A stretch of 35,097 bases of DNA from Actinomycetota bacterium. Its GTDB lineage: Bacteria; Actinomycetota; Actinomycetes; S36-B12; UBA5976. The position numbers and the translations under genes are program-made. Location of the stretch: NCBI GenBank assembly GCA_039795655.1, contig JBDKLK010000001.1, positions 1 to 35,097 on the forward strand, given 5' to 3'. The notes below the pieces were generated by a model. It was given only the letters and a program-made list of their open reading frames with translations. It did not search any database and had not been told where the DNA came from. The first letter of the stretch is position 1; every line of letters begins with the position of its first letter. This document shows, one piece after another, positions 7,824 through 15,525 of this stretch.

Positions 7824-8777
7824 ATGACCACTTATGTTCATCCGTTCCACATTGGTCGTGGAACAACAATTGGTCCTCTGACCATTTTCCCGATCTGGAG
7901 TGAAGTGCAACAAGCAATGCCATTCCAGATGCCTGCTGACTTTAATATGTCAGTACTTGAAGAAAAGCGCCCAACAGTGCAATCACTTCGAGTTGAAAAT
8001 ACTTCTAATCAAGGCTTATTGATTCCGGAAGGAACAATCCTTGATGGCGGTATGCAAACCCGTGTTGCAATTCGCGACATTTTCGTGGAAGGCGGTGAAA
8101 GCATGAACCTCGATGTGCGTTGTGTTGAACGCGGTCGATGGAATGGAGCTCGCGAACATGCTGTCGATGGTCGCGCACCAATCAGCGTTGTAGCTGCATT
8201 GCGTGGAATCGGTTTGCGTGACTATGCATCACAAGAAAATGTTTGGAATCGCGTAAGCCGTCTTGAAGGCCATTACGGTTCACGTTCAACCAATTCATTG
8301 CTAGACATCATGAGCGATGAAGGTGTGAACACTCGCCGCGAACGCCAAAGCCGCGACCGACGCAGTCACCGCCGTTTGATTGATCCAGCAATCGTTAGTG
8401 AAATCACTGAGTTTTCACGCAAACCATTGCCAGGCCAACAAGGCGTGATGATTGGTGTGGCTGGCCATCCGGTTGTGCTTGAAATTATGGGTACTCCAGA
8501 AGTATTTGCAGATCAGTACGCATCTATCTTGAACGCAATCACTTTGGATGCAAGCACCCTTGAATACAAACCAACTTCAGGGCGTCGAGCTCGTGCATTC
8601 GCAGCCGAAATCCTGAGTACACCAATAGAAGTAATTGCTGAATCAAGCAACTCACTTTCTTTCGCGGGTGCTAGTCAGCTGACTGACATCCGTTCTATTG
8701 CGAGCATCGACGGCGGCGCTGTCCCTTTCCACACCGCCGTGATTAATCGCAAGCACGAATTGGCGCTGGCCGTTTAG
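7824..8777 (+). CDS. DUF6569 / ARPP-1-like protein of unknown function
   Basis: ATG 7824 is preferred over the in-frame TTG 7812 of the ORF track. N-terminal GPLTIFPIW and VRCVERGRW (nt 8121-8141) match my recollection of this family's signatures. It also has an Arg-rich linker RRERQSRDRRSHRR and a C-terminal GVMIGVAGHPVVLEIMG..ILNAITLDA segment. The family assignment is from memory and not verified. Confidence 0.55.
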   Translation: MTTYVHPFHIGRGTTIGPLTIFPIWSEVQQAMPFQMPADFNMSVLEEKRPTVQSLRVENTSNQGLLIPEGTILDGGMQTRVAIRDIFVEGGESMNLDVRCVERGRWNGAREHAVDGRAPISVVAALRGIGLRDYASQENVWNRVSRLEGHYGSRSTNSLLDIMSDEGVNTRRERQSRDRRSHRRLIDPAIVSEITEFSRKPLPGQQGVMIGVAGHPVVLEIMGTPEVFADQYASILNAITLDASTLEYKPTSGRRARAFAAEILSTPIEVIAESSNSLSFAGASQLTDIRSIASIDGGAVPFHTAVINRKHELALAV

Positions 8778-8809
8778 TCCTTTCGTAGGCCAAGCCCAAT
8801 TCGTTAAAA

Positions 8810-8840
8810 GGGTGGAGCAGTTCGGGGGAATGCTCCACCC
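8810..8840 (+). terminator. GC-rich hairpin, a possible intrinsic terminator or attenuator after the ARPP-1-like gene
   Basis: GGGTGGAGCA (8810-8819) pairs perfectly with TGCTCCACCC (8831-8840) across an 11-nt loop. It is followed by accacTTTTc, only a short T run. Confidence 0.45.
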
Positions 8841-8875
8841 ACCACTTTTCTACACATATATATAAGGAGTCGCCC

Positions 8876-9208
8876 ATGTGGGTATTTTCAGAAACTGGCT
8901 TCATCAGCGCCATCTCCAAGTCTGGTGATTTGTTCCAAGTTCGCGCCCGAGATCGTCAATCTCTAGAAGACCTAGCGGTGAGCACCGGTCTCGAAATCAT
9001 CAAAACACCACAAGGTGATTACCCATACCGCGTGGAACTTGCCCGCGAGCAGTTCGTCACCTGGATGATTGAACAAATGGAAGCTATCGATTACAACAAC
9101 TTCAAATCTCGCGTGCATGACACCCGCGGATATGAATTTGTCAGCCCTCTCCACCAAGTTTGGAGCATCATGCACGAAGTAGAAGATAAGGAAGCACGCA
9201 CAAAATAA
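8876..9208 (+). CDS. Hypothetical 110-aa acidic protein
   Basis: Strong AAGGAG SD 8 nt upstream of ATG 8876. GC is about 55 % in a hand-counted sample, like the genes to its left. I recognise no motif. Confidence 0.6.
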   Translation: MWVFSETGFISAISKSGDLFQVRARDRQSLEDLAVSTGLEIIKTPQGDYPYRVELAREQFVTWMIEQMEAIDYNNFKSRVHDTRGYEFVSPLHQVWSIMHEVEDKEARTK

Positions 9209-10260
9209 TGAACCCAGAACCCGCTAGTCGAAAATCAAAGAATCTATTCCTCAGAAGAGATGTCGTCATTGAAACTTCTTTTGGCTATTTTGCGCGTTTT
9301 AAATTAACTGAATGGAATCTAATCAACGACCAAGTCCGAGTTCTATATAAACCTCGTCGTCGAGATGTGGTTTCACCACGTGAAGCTTTTTATAAACGAA
9401 TGCTAGATGCGGCTAACTTACCTCAGAGGGAGACCACTGAATTACCGCTTGAAGCAGGTGAAACTATCTCCATACATAGATTTGGTGATTGGATCTTCAA
9501 AGTAAATCTAAATGGATTCCTTGATTACTCTGAAGCTGAAATCGGTGACATTCTGGAAATTCACTTCCGAGTGATTAATGGAATTTTTGAAAAAGTTGAA
9601 CTGGCAATTGTGGATCTTGAAGATAGAAGAGTAGACATCAACTTCGCTGACATTGTCATGCAAACGGCACTTATTCAAAATGATCCAATCTGGCGAGCTG
9701 GCGCAGCGCTGATCGAAAAAGCATTGCGTCTAACCAATCCCGAAGATCCGATGTTTTCTGGACACCAAACTGGCTCACTTAGTTTTTGGTCATACAGAAG
9801 TTACAACGCACAGGAAGAAATTTATGTTCAGTGGCGCTGGAATTCTGTGGGTGAGCTTTATGTTGAGGCAGTCTCAAATAAATACGCGTGGCCAAAGATT
9901 CCAGTAGACGGCATAAACCATCTATTGGAAACAGGATGGAGTGGTCCATCCGATGATGAAGAAGAAGACTTGCCAAACTATTTCCGCACATATGAAGAAG
10001 TAGACGCGAAAATAATTGCCGATGAACTAATGAAAGTTTTCCGCGATGTTTATTTCATCAAGCGAGATTGGATCTGGTTATTCCAGCCATTTCATCTTGT
10101 TGAGCGACTTCTAAGTGGTAGGGATGAAGATGACTTTAGATTCAAACCTGATGCCTTCTTTATTTACGACGAAGAACAAACTTTCAAACGTCGTTGCGAA
10201 ATGGGCGTGCAGCTCAGCGAAGATGTCATCATCCCAAGTCATTTGCGTCCGCTGAGTTAG
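9208..10260 (+). CDS. Hypothetical 350-aa protein whose C-terminal half is possibly YbjN / TY-Chap chaperone-like
   Basis: The ATG overlaps the upstream TAA (TAATG, 9206-9210). The segment YVEAVSNKYAWPKIPVDGINHLLETGWSGPSDDEEEDLPNYFRTY resembles the YbjN-type fold signature as I remember it. The N-terminal half is unassigned and AT-rich. Confidence 0.45.
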   Translation: MNPEPASRKSKNLFLRRDVVIETSFGYFARFKLTEWNLINDQVRVLYKPRRRDVVSPREAFYKRMLDAANLPQRETTELPLEAGETISIHRFGDWIFKVNLNGFLDYSEAEIGDILEIHFRVINGIFEKVELAIVDLEDRRVDINFADIVMQTALIQNDPIWRAGAALIEKALRLTNPEDPMFSGHQTGSLSFWSYRSYNAQEEIYVQWRWNSVGELYVEAVSNKYAWPKIPVDGINHLLETGWSGPSDDEEEDLPNYFRTYEEVDAKIIADELMKVFRDVYFIKRDWIWLFQPFHLVERLLSGRDEDDFRFKPDAFFIYDEEQTFKRRCEMGVQLSEDVIIPSHLRPLS

Positions 10261-10377
10261 CAGTTGTCTCTATCACAACGCAAAACAAATTTGAAGCACT
10301 TATAGATGAATACAGCACCTTTTCATAGTTTTCATTGCATTTCTGGTTAAAATAGTTTCAATCAACCCAGGAGAGTC

Positions 10378-12042
10378 ATGATTTCAACATCTAGGAAATT
10401 ACTAATCGCTGCCATCGGAATCATTCTGATCTCATTTGGCCTTGGAACACCTGCCAAAGCAATGCCTTCAGATTGGGACTTCGAGTTTGAACCAAATCTG
10501 ATTACTCAAGGTCAAGCAGCCGTTGTAGTTCTATTTATTGAAGAGTGCTCTACCGCTCCGACAAATTTTGAAGTTAACTTTAGAAATAACAAAGAAAAAT
10601 ATAAGTTGACCAAGTCCAACTGGAGTTTCAAACAGACAATTGCAGAAGGAAACTACACAGCATCATGGGTTTTCACCGGTAAAGGCAATGCTGGAGTCAA
10701 AGCAGGGTATGTTGCATTTGATGCGAAGGTATCAGGTGGCTGCGCAGAAGAAGAAATTTACGGCGATGACTATGAAAGCGTCACAACTGCAAAAGATCCA
10801 ATTTCTGTTGATTGGATTTCTGATTTTTCAATCGCCCCTGACTACTTGGGAATCAAAGCTGGCTGGACTCCTGTGGAATCTGCCATCAAGTATGAAGTTC
10901 AAATCGGTAAAACAGCTGATGAGATTGTGTGGCAAGAGGTCGGCGAAACCAATAATCATCTAATCAGCATTTCAGCTGAAGAATTCAACTTGGATTATGG
11001 ATTCGAGTATGAAATTAGAGTGAGACCAGTATTTAAGAAATCCAAAGGTGAATGGACTGGAAGCAATGGTTGGTGGGGATACGAATCACGTGTCCAAGCT
11101 TGGACTTCATTAGTTGGAGATTCAGATCGCACTGAAGTTACAGAATTTGAAGATGCTGAAGATATTCAATTCAACTATAAAGTTGAAAACTGTCCTGATC
11201 CATCCGAATTTTATGAACCGTGGACTGTCGTAAATGAAATTTCATCTAAGAATGAGATGGGGATTTCAGGAGATGATTACTTAGGTTTGAATGAGTATTC
11301 AAACTCATCAGAATTCACAAACTATAATTTTGATGATACAGGAAATGACCTCATCGTAAGTTGGCAAACTAACCTTGATTTGTCCCCACAAACTTACCAA
11401 TGGGGACAATATTTCGCTGTGCAAACTGGCTGCATTCGCGATAACACTGATTCTCAATTTATAAATACCTGGCCATTCAGCGAGTACTCATATTTCAAGA
11501 TAGTAAAAAATGGAAAAGTCGCTCCGATAACGCTCAATAATGATTCAGCCACAACCCACAGCACAGAATCTTCAATTTTGTTTAAGTGGGGCGCACCACT
11601 CAATTCAAATGATGGCCCTTTCACTTATGAGATTTACGATACAAACTTGTCAGAGGATGTGGCTGACTGGGATTTGTTGAAAACAACATCAAAGCGCAGT
11701 TACCTGATGAAAAATTTGGTGGCTGACCAAGAAGTTTCACTAGGAGTAATTGTCCGTAATTCAGCTGGAACCTCAACTATGGAATTATGGACGAGCACTA
11801 GCAGTGTTATTGCAAAAATGAAAAGTTCAATATCCAAGCAGACTCTAGCTAAGAGACTCGGATTGTCACGATATGCAATTTCAATATCTGCCACAAAACT
11901 TGACAACGTTGTGAATGCCTGCAAGATCTCCAAGAAAAGCATCAAATTTGGTTCAAAAATTGGTGTTTGTGCAGTTCGTTACACCTGGAAAGAAGATGGG
12001 GAAGACAAGTCCGCAACTTCGTACATCTGGACGAAGAAATAG
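10378..12042 (+). CDS. Secreted surface protein with fibronectin type III-like domains
   Basis: AGGAGAG SD and signal peptide MISTSRKLLIAAIGIILISFGLGTPAKA. FN3-like segments (GWTPVESAIKYEVQIG...YEIRVRPV; ILFKWGAPLNSNDGPFTYEIYD...VIVRNSAGTS). Very low GC (about 27 % in one sample). Confidence 0.65.
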   Translation: MISTSRKLLIAAIGIILISFGLGTPAKAMPSDWDFEFEPNLITQGQAAVVVLFIEECSTAPTNFEVNFRNNKEKYKLTKSNWSFKQTIAEGNYTASWVFTGKGNAGVKAGYVAFDAKVSGGCAEEEIYGDDYESVTTAKDPISVDWISDFSIAPDYLGIKAGWTPVESAIKYEVQIGKTADEIVWQEVGETNNHLISISAEEFNLDYGFEYEIRVRPVFKKSKGEWTGSNGWWGYESRVQAWTSLVGDSDRTEVTEFEDAEDIQFNYKVENCPDPSEFYEPWTVVNEISSKNEMGISGDDYLGLNEYSNSSEFTNYNFDDTGNDLIVSWQTNLDLSPQTYQWGQYFAVQTGCIRDNTDSQFINTWPFSEYSYFKIVKNGKVAPITLNNDSATTHSTESSILFKWGAPLNSNDGPFTYEIYDTNLSEDVADWDLLKTTSKRSYLMKNLVADQEVSLGVIVRNSAGTSTMELWTSTSSVIAKMKSSISKQTLAKRLGLSRYAISISATKLDNVVNACKISKKSIKFGSKIGVCAVRYTWKEDGEDKSATSYIWTKK

Positions 12043-12121
12043 TTAATAACTATTCCTTCATTTTCGGAGATTTTGCGTAGAAATTCGGCAACCTCTTCTA
12101 TAGGTGCCCTTTAGGCAAACC

Positions 12122-12136
12122 TAGACTGCTAGTCTA
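12122..12136. promoter_or_regulatory. Small palindrome TAGACTgctAGTCTA upstream of the propeller/FN3 gene
   Basis: 6-bp perfect arms with a 3-nt spacer, 23 nt upstream of ATG 12159. Its function is unknown. Confidence 0.2.
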
Positions 12137-12158
12137 CGTTCACAATCGGAGGATAAAT

Positions 12159-13532
12159 ATGAAAAAACTTTTGTCATTTAGCCTGCTCGCTACTTTGGTG
12201 TTCTCAGTAGCAGTGGCTTACCCATCAAGCGCTAGCACATCAAGTGCAACCGGTCTTGCAATGGCGACTACAGATGGTTACCTAACAGACTTCGCTATCA
12301 GCAGCGATGGAAAATACATGTACACAGCAACTTCTGCTGGAGTTCCATACACAACAAATGAAGATTTGCTTTTGAAGATCGATACCAGCAACTTCGAAAT
12401 TGTTGACACACTTCAACTTGAGTCAGGATTCGATGTTTACGCAATCAGCATTAACCCGGACGACTATTTCATTTATGTCGGTGGCTATAACGGCGATGTA
12501 ATTGCAGTGGAAACTGAAGAACTAACTTTGTCCGATTCAGTTCAATTGGAAGAGCCATACCAAAATGTTCTTAACAGCGTTGTGAGCGCTGACGGCGAAT
12601 TCCTTTACCTAACAACTGATTCAGGTTATGTTGTAAAAGTTAGACTTCAAAATGGTCTTGCTGTTGAAGATACTCTTCACTTGACAGACGGCTCAGCTGT
12701 TTACGCAGGATTCCTTTCTGCTGACGACGCAACTGGCTATTTCATTAAATCGGTTTGGGAATCTAATCAAGCACCAGTTGTCTATAAAGTTAATCTTTCA
12801 AATATGACCGAAACCTCACATGCAAACCTAAATGTTGGTGAGGGCTACATCATGGACTTTATGCCGATCTCAAATACAGAAGGCGCATACATAACAAATG
12901 CTGCCGATTCAACTTTGATTATGGCCGTTGTAAATCTTTCAACTTTGGGAGTAACCACACATGACATCAGTGATGGGTATCAGTTCCACGGGCCATCAGC
13001 AATTTCTGCTGACAAAAAAACTATCTACACATTTCCTGGCAACGATAGTGTTTACCAGCCGCTAGAAATCGATGTTGCAACAAGAACATTAAGGCAACAG
13101 TACTATTTCTTGGGAGAATGGCAAGAAAATGTCTCGAGCGCATTCGTTAACCCTGTTTCTGGCGATGTTTATATTTCTTACGGTGAAGTTTGGTTCGCGG
13201 ACTGGTCAGCAATTTACACACCATCAGGTGTGGACATAATCATTGCAGCTCCGAAAGCCCCGGGTGCGCCAAGAAGCGTCAAAGCTGTTTACGCTCCAAA
13301 GAAAACCACTTTCTCATGGGCAACACCTGCAAATGATGGTGGTGCAGAAATCACAGGTTACAAATACTGCTACCTAAAGTGCACTAAGGCTGCGAGCTGG
13401 AAAACCACCACAAAGAAAACTGTGGTGATCAAAGGTATTGCTAAAGGCACCTCAGGCACATTCGAAGTTCGTGCTGTAAATAGCGTTGGTGCAGGCGAGA
13501 TTAAGAAGCTTAAATTCAAGCAAGCTAAATAA
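12159..13532 (+). CDS. Secreted YVTN-type beta-propeller protein with a C-terminal FN3 domain
   Basis: GGAGGA SD and signal peptide MKKLLSFSLLATLVFSVAVAYPSSAS. Repeated blades (DGKYMYTATSAG, DDYFIYVGGYNGDVIAV, DGEFLYLTTDSGYVVKV, DKKTIYTFPGND, SGDVYISYGE). C-terminal FN3 (APGAPRSVKAVYAPKKTTFSWATPANDGGAEITGYKY...FEVRAVNSVGAG). Confidence 0.7.
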   Translation: MKKLLSFSLLATLVFSVAVAYPSSASTSSATGLAMATTDGYLTDFAISSDGKYMYTATSAGVPYTTNEDLLLKIDTSNFEIVDTLQLESGFDVYAISINPDDYFIYVGGYNGDVIAVETEELTLSDSVQLEEPYQNVLNSVVSADGEFLYLTTDSGYVVKVRLQNGLAVEDTLHLTDGSAVYAGFLSADDATGYFIKSVWESNQAPVVYKVNLSNMTETSHANLNVGEGYIMDFMPISNTEGAYITNAADSTLIMAVVNLSTLGVTTHDISDGYQFHGPSAISADKKTIYTFPGNDSVYQPLEIDVATRTLRQQYYFLGEWQENVSSAFVNPVSGDVYISYGEVWFADWSAIYTPSGVDIIIAAPKAPGAPRSVKAVYAPKKTTFSWATPANDGGAEITGYKYCYLKCTKAASWKTTTKKTVVIKGIAKGTSGTFEVRAVNSVGAGEIKKLKFKQAK

Positions 13533-13550
13533 TCACTAAACAAACACAAT

Positions 13551-13584
13551 AAAAGTGGAGTGGGAGAAATCCCACTCCACTTTT
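13551..13584 (+). terminator. Rho-independent terminator with bidirectional appearance
   Basis: AAAAGTGGAGTGGGA (13551-13565), GAAA loop, TCCCACTCCACTTTT (13570-13584). This is a perfect 15-bp stem with a T run, 19 nt after the stop at 13532. Confidence 0.85.
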
Positions 13585-13622
13585 ATTATTCGTAGAAATC
13601 GGAATTTAAGTAGTGTTGCTGT

Positions 13623-14021
13623 GTGAAAACCATTATGCGAATCGTTTTAGGAGCGTTTCTAGTGTTCGCGGGTTACAGTCATTTCGCAAACACGGCTGAG
13701 TTCATCGCGCAGGTTCCACCTTTCCTGCCAAACCCAGAGTTAGTCATCTATCTGTCTGGTGTGGTTGAAGTTTTACTCGGCTTTTCGCTTATCTTCGTGA
13801 AGAGTTTTCGACCTTATGTGGGAATAGTTACGGCCGCTTTCTTCATTGCTATTTTTCCAGGCAATCTTTCACAATTCTTTAATCACGTTGATGGATTTGG
13901 ATTAGACACTGATTCAGCCCGAGCGATTCGTTTGATTTTTCAACCAGTACTTGTTGTGTGGGCAATTTGGTCAACAGAAAGTTTCGCGACCTTGAAGAAA
14001 TTGTGGAATCGTGAAGTTTGA
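13623..14021 (+). CDS. DoxX-like small integral membrane protein
   Basis: 132-aa ORF (GTG 13623, alternative ATG 13635) with four hydrophobic helices. The segment GAFLVFAGYSHF..FIAQVPPFLPNPELVIYLSGVVEVLLGFSL resembles the DoxX-like/COG4270 pattern. Its 3' end overlaps the next gene by 11 nt. Confidence 0.55.
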   Translation: MKTIMRIVLGAFLVFAGYSHFANTAEFIAQVPPFLPNPELVIYLSGVVEVLLGFSLIFVKSFRPYVGIVTAAFFIAIFPGNLSQFFNHVDGFGLDTDSARAIRLIFQPVLVVWAIWSTESFATLKKLWNREV

Positions 14022-15489
14022 GCGCATTCATTATATTCCGTTTGATCACTTAAATCGCGACTATGGCGTTCTCAAGAGTGCGAATCAGGAAACTGACTTA
14101 ATCGCAATCATTGAAAGCCAGCGCATGATCACTGGTCGAAACTGGCATCCAGAACGTATCTACTTCATGATTTCTGCAGCTCGTCATTTTGCTAAAGAGT
14201 TAAGCGATGGAGGTTTTAACGTTGTTTACCGAAAAGCTGCAACCACGATCGATGGCTTGAAAGAAATAAAGTCTGAAAACAATCTGGACAAAATTGTGTG
14301 CGCAGAGCCATCATCATTTAGACAGTTCGCTCAGCTCAAAGAGTTTGGGGTTGATTACGTTGAGAATGATTTCTTCTTAACCTCGCGACCTCTATTCAAA
14401 TTATGGGCAGATTCTCAAAAGTCTTACTTGATGGAGAACTTTTATCGCAAACAGCGAGTGCGGCTAAACATTTTGATGGATGGCGACAAACCTGTTGGAG
14501 ATAAGTGGAATTACGATTCCGAAAATCGATTGCCTCCGCCAAAGAATTACGAATGGCAGCCTTATCTCGCGCACGAACTAGATGAAATCGATCTAGAGGT
14601 AGCTAGCGAATTAGGTCATACTCCAACTAGAACCTGGGGAACCACTAGAAAACAAGCCATCGCTCAACTTAACTTTTTCCTAGACAAGAACTTCGAGAAC
14701 TTTGGTCCTTACGAGGATGCGATTCCTAAGGACAACTGGGCTGTACATCACTCATTACTTAGCCCTTACATGAATATTGGCTTATTACCCGCAAAAGATG
14801 TAGTGACTGCGGTTCTACAGAGGTATGCAAAGGGCGGCATTCCAATTGAATCTTGTGAAGCATTCATTCGTCAAGTAATCGGCTGGCGTGAATACATAAA
14901 TGGAATGTATTGGTACTTAGGTGAGGATTACAAAAATCAAAATGGTTTGAATGCAAACCGAAAACTACTTCCATTGTTTATTGATCCAACTAAAACCAAA
15001 ATGAATTGCGTTGGCAGCATTGTTAAAGATGTAGATGAACGTGGTTGGGTGCACCACATTCCCCGACTTATGATTTTAAGTAATCTAGCTTTAATCACCG
15101 GAACAAATCCGCAGGAGTATCTAGATTGGATGCGAGAAAGATTTATCGATGCATCGGATTGGGTGATGGTGCCTAATGTAATTGGTATGGCGGTGCATGC
15201 AGATAACGGCAAACTTATGACAAAACCATATGCAGCTGGCGGCGCGTACATAAATCGAATGACTGAGTTCTGCAAAGGCTGCAAATATGATCCCAAAAAA
15301 CGAATCGGTGAAGACGCCTGCCCATACGCAACTCTCTATTGGGATTTTCTAGATAGACACAAAGATGAATTCATAAAGAATCACCGTATGAGCCAGATGG
15401 TTAATGGGTTAAAGCGTCTGAGTGATTTACCAGAGACTAGACAGCGAGCCCAAGAGGTTCTCCGCGGCTTGGATTCCGGCAAGATCTAA
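14011..15489 (+). CDS. FeS-cluster bacterial cryptochrome/photolyase (FeS-BCP, (6-4) photolyase PhrB/CryB-like)
   Basis: 492-aa ORF of the photolyase-related (COG3046-like) type. It has WREYINGMYW and HHIPRLMILSN segments. Four Cys at aa 333, 421, 424 and 437 have spacing 88/3/13, the spacing I recall for the 4Fe-4S ligands of Agrobacterium PhrB. Confidence 0.75.
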   Translation: MKFERIHYIPFDHLNRDYGVLKSANQETDLIAIIESQRMITGRNWHPERIYFMISAARHFAKELSDGGFNVVYRKAATTIDGLKEIKSENNLDKIVCAEPSSFRQFAQLKEFGVDYVENDFFLTSRPLFKLWADSQKSYLMENFYRKQRVRLNILMDGDKPVGDKWNYDSENRLPPPKNYEWQPYLAHELDEIDLEVASELGHTPTRTWGTTRKQAIAQLNFFLDKNFENFGPYEDAIPKDNWAVHHSLLSPYMNIGLLPAKDVVTAVLQRYAKGGIPIESCEAFIRQVIGWREYINGMYWYLGEDYKNQNGLNANRKLLPLFIDPTKTKMNCVGSIVKDVDERGWVHHIPRLMILSNLALITGTNPQEYLDWMRERFIDASDWVMVPNVIGMAVHADNGKLMTKPYAAGGAYINRMTEFCKGCKYDPKKRIGEDACPYATLYWDFLDRHKDEFIKNHRMSQMVNGLKRLSDLPETRQRAQEVLRGLDSGKI

Positions 15490-15525
15490 ACATTGCCCAT
15501 ATTGGCCTAGGAATTTCCATGAATT

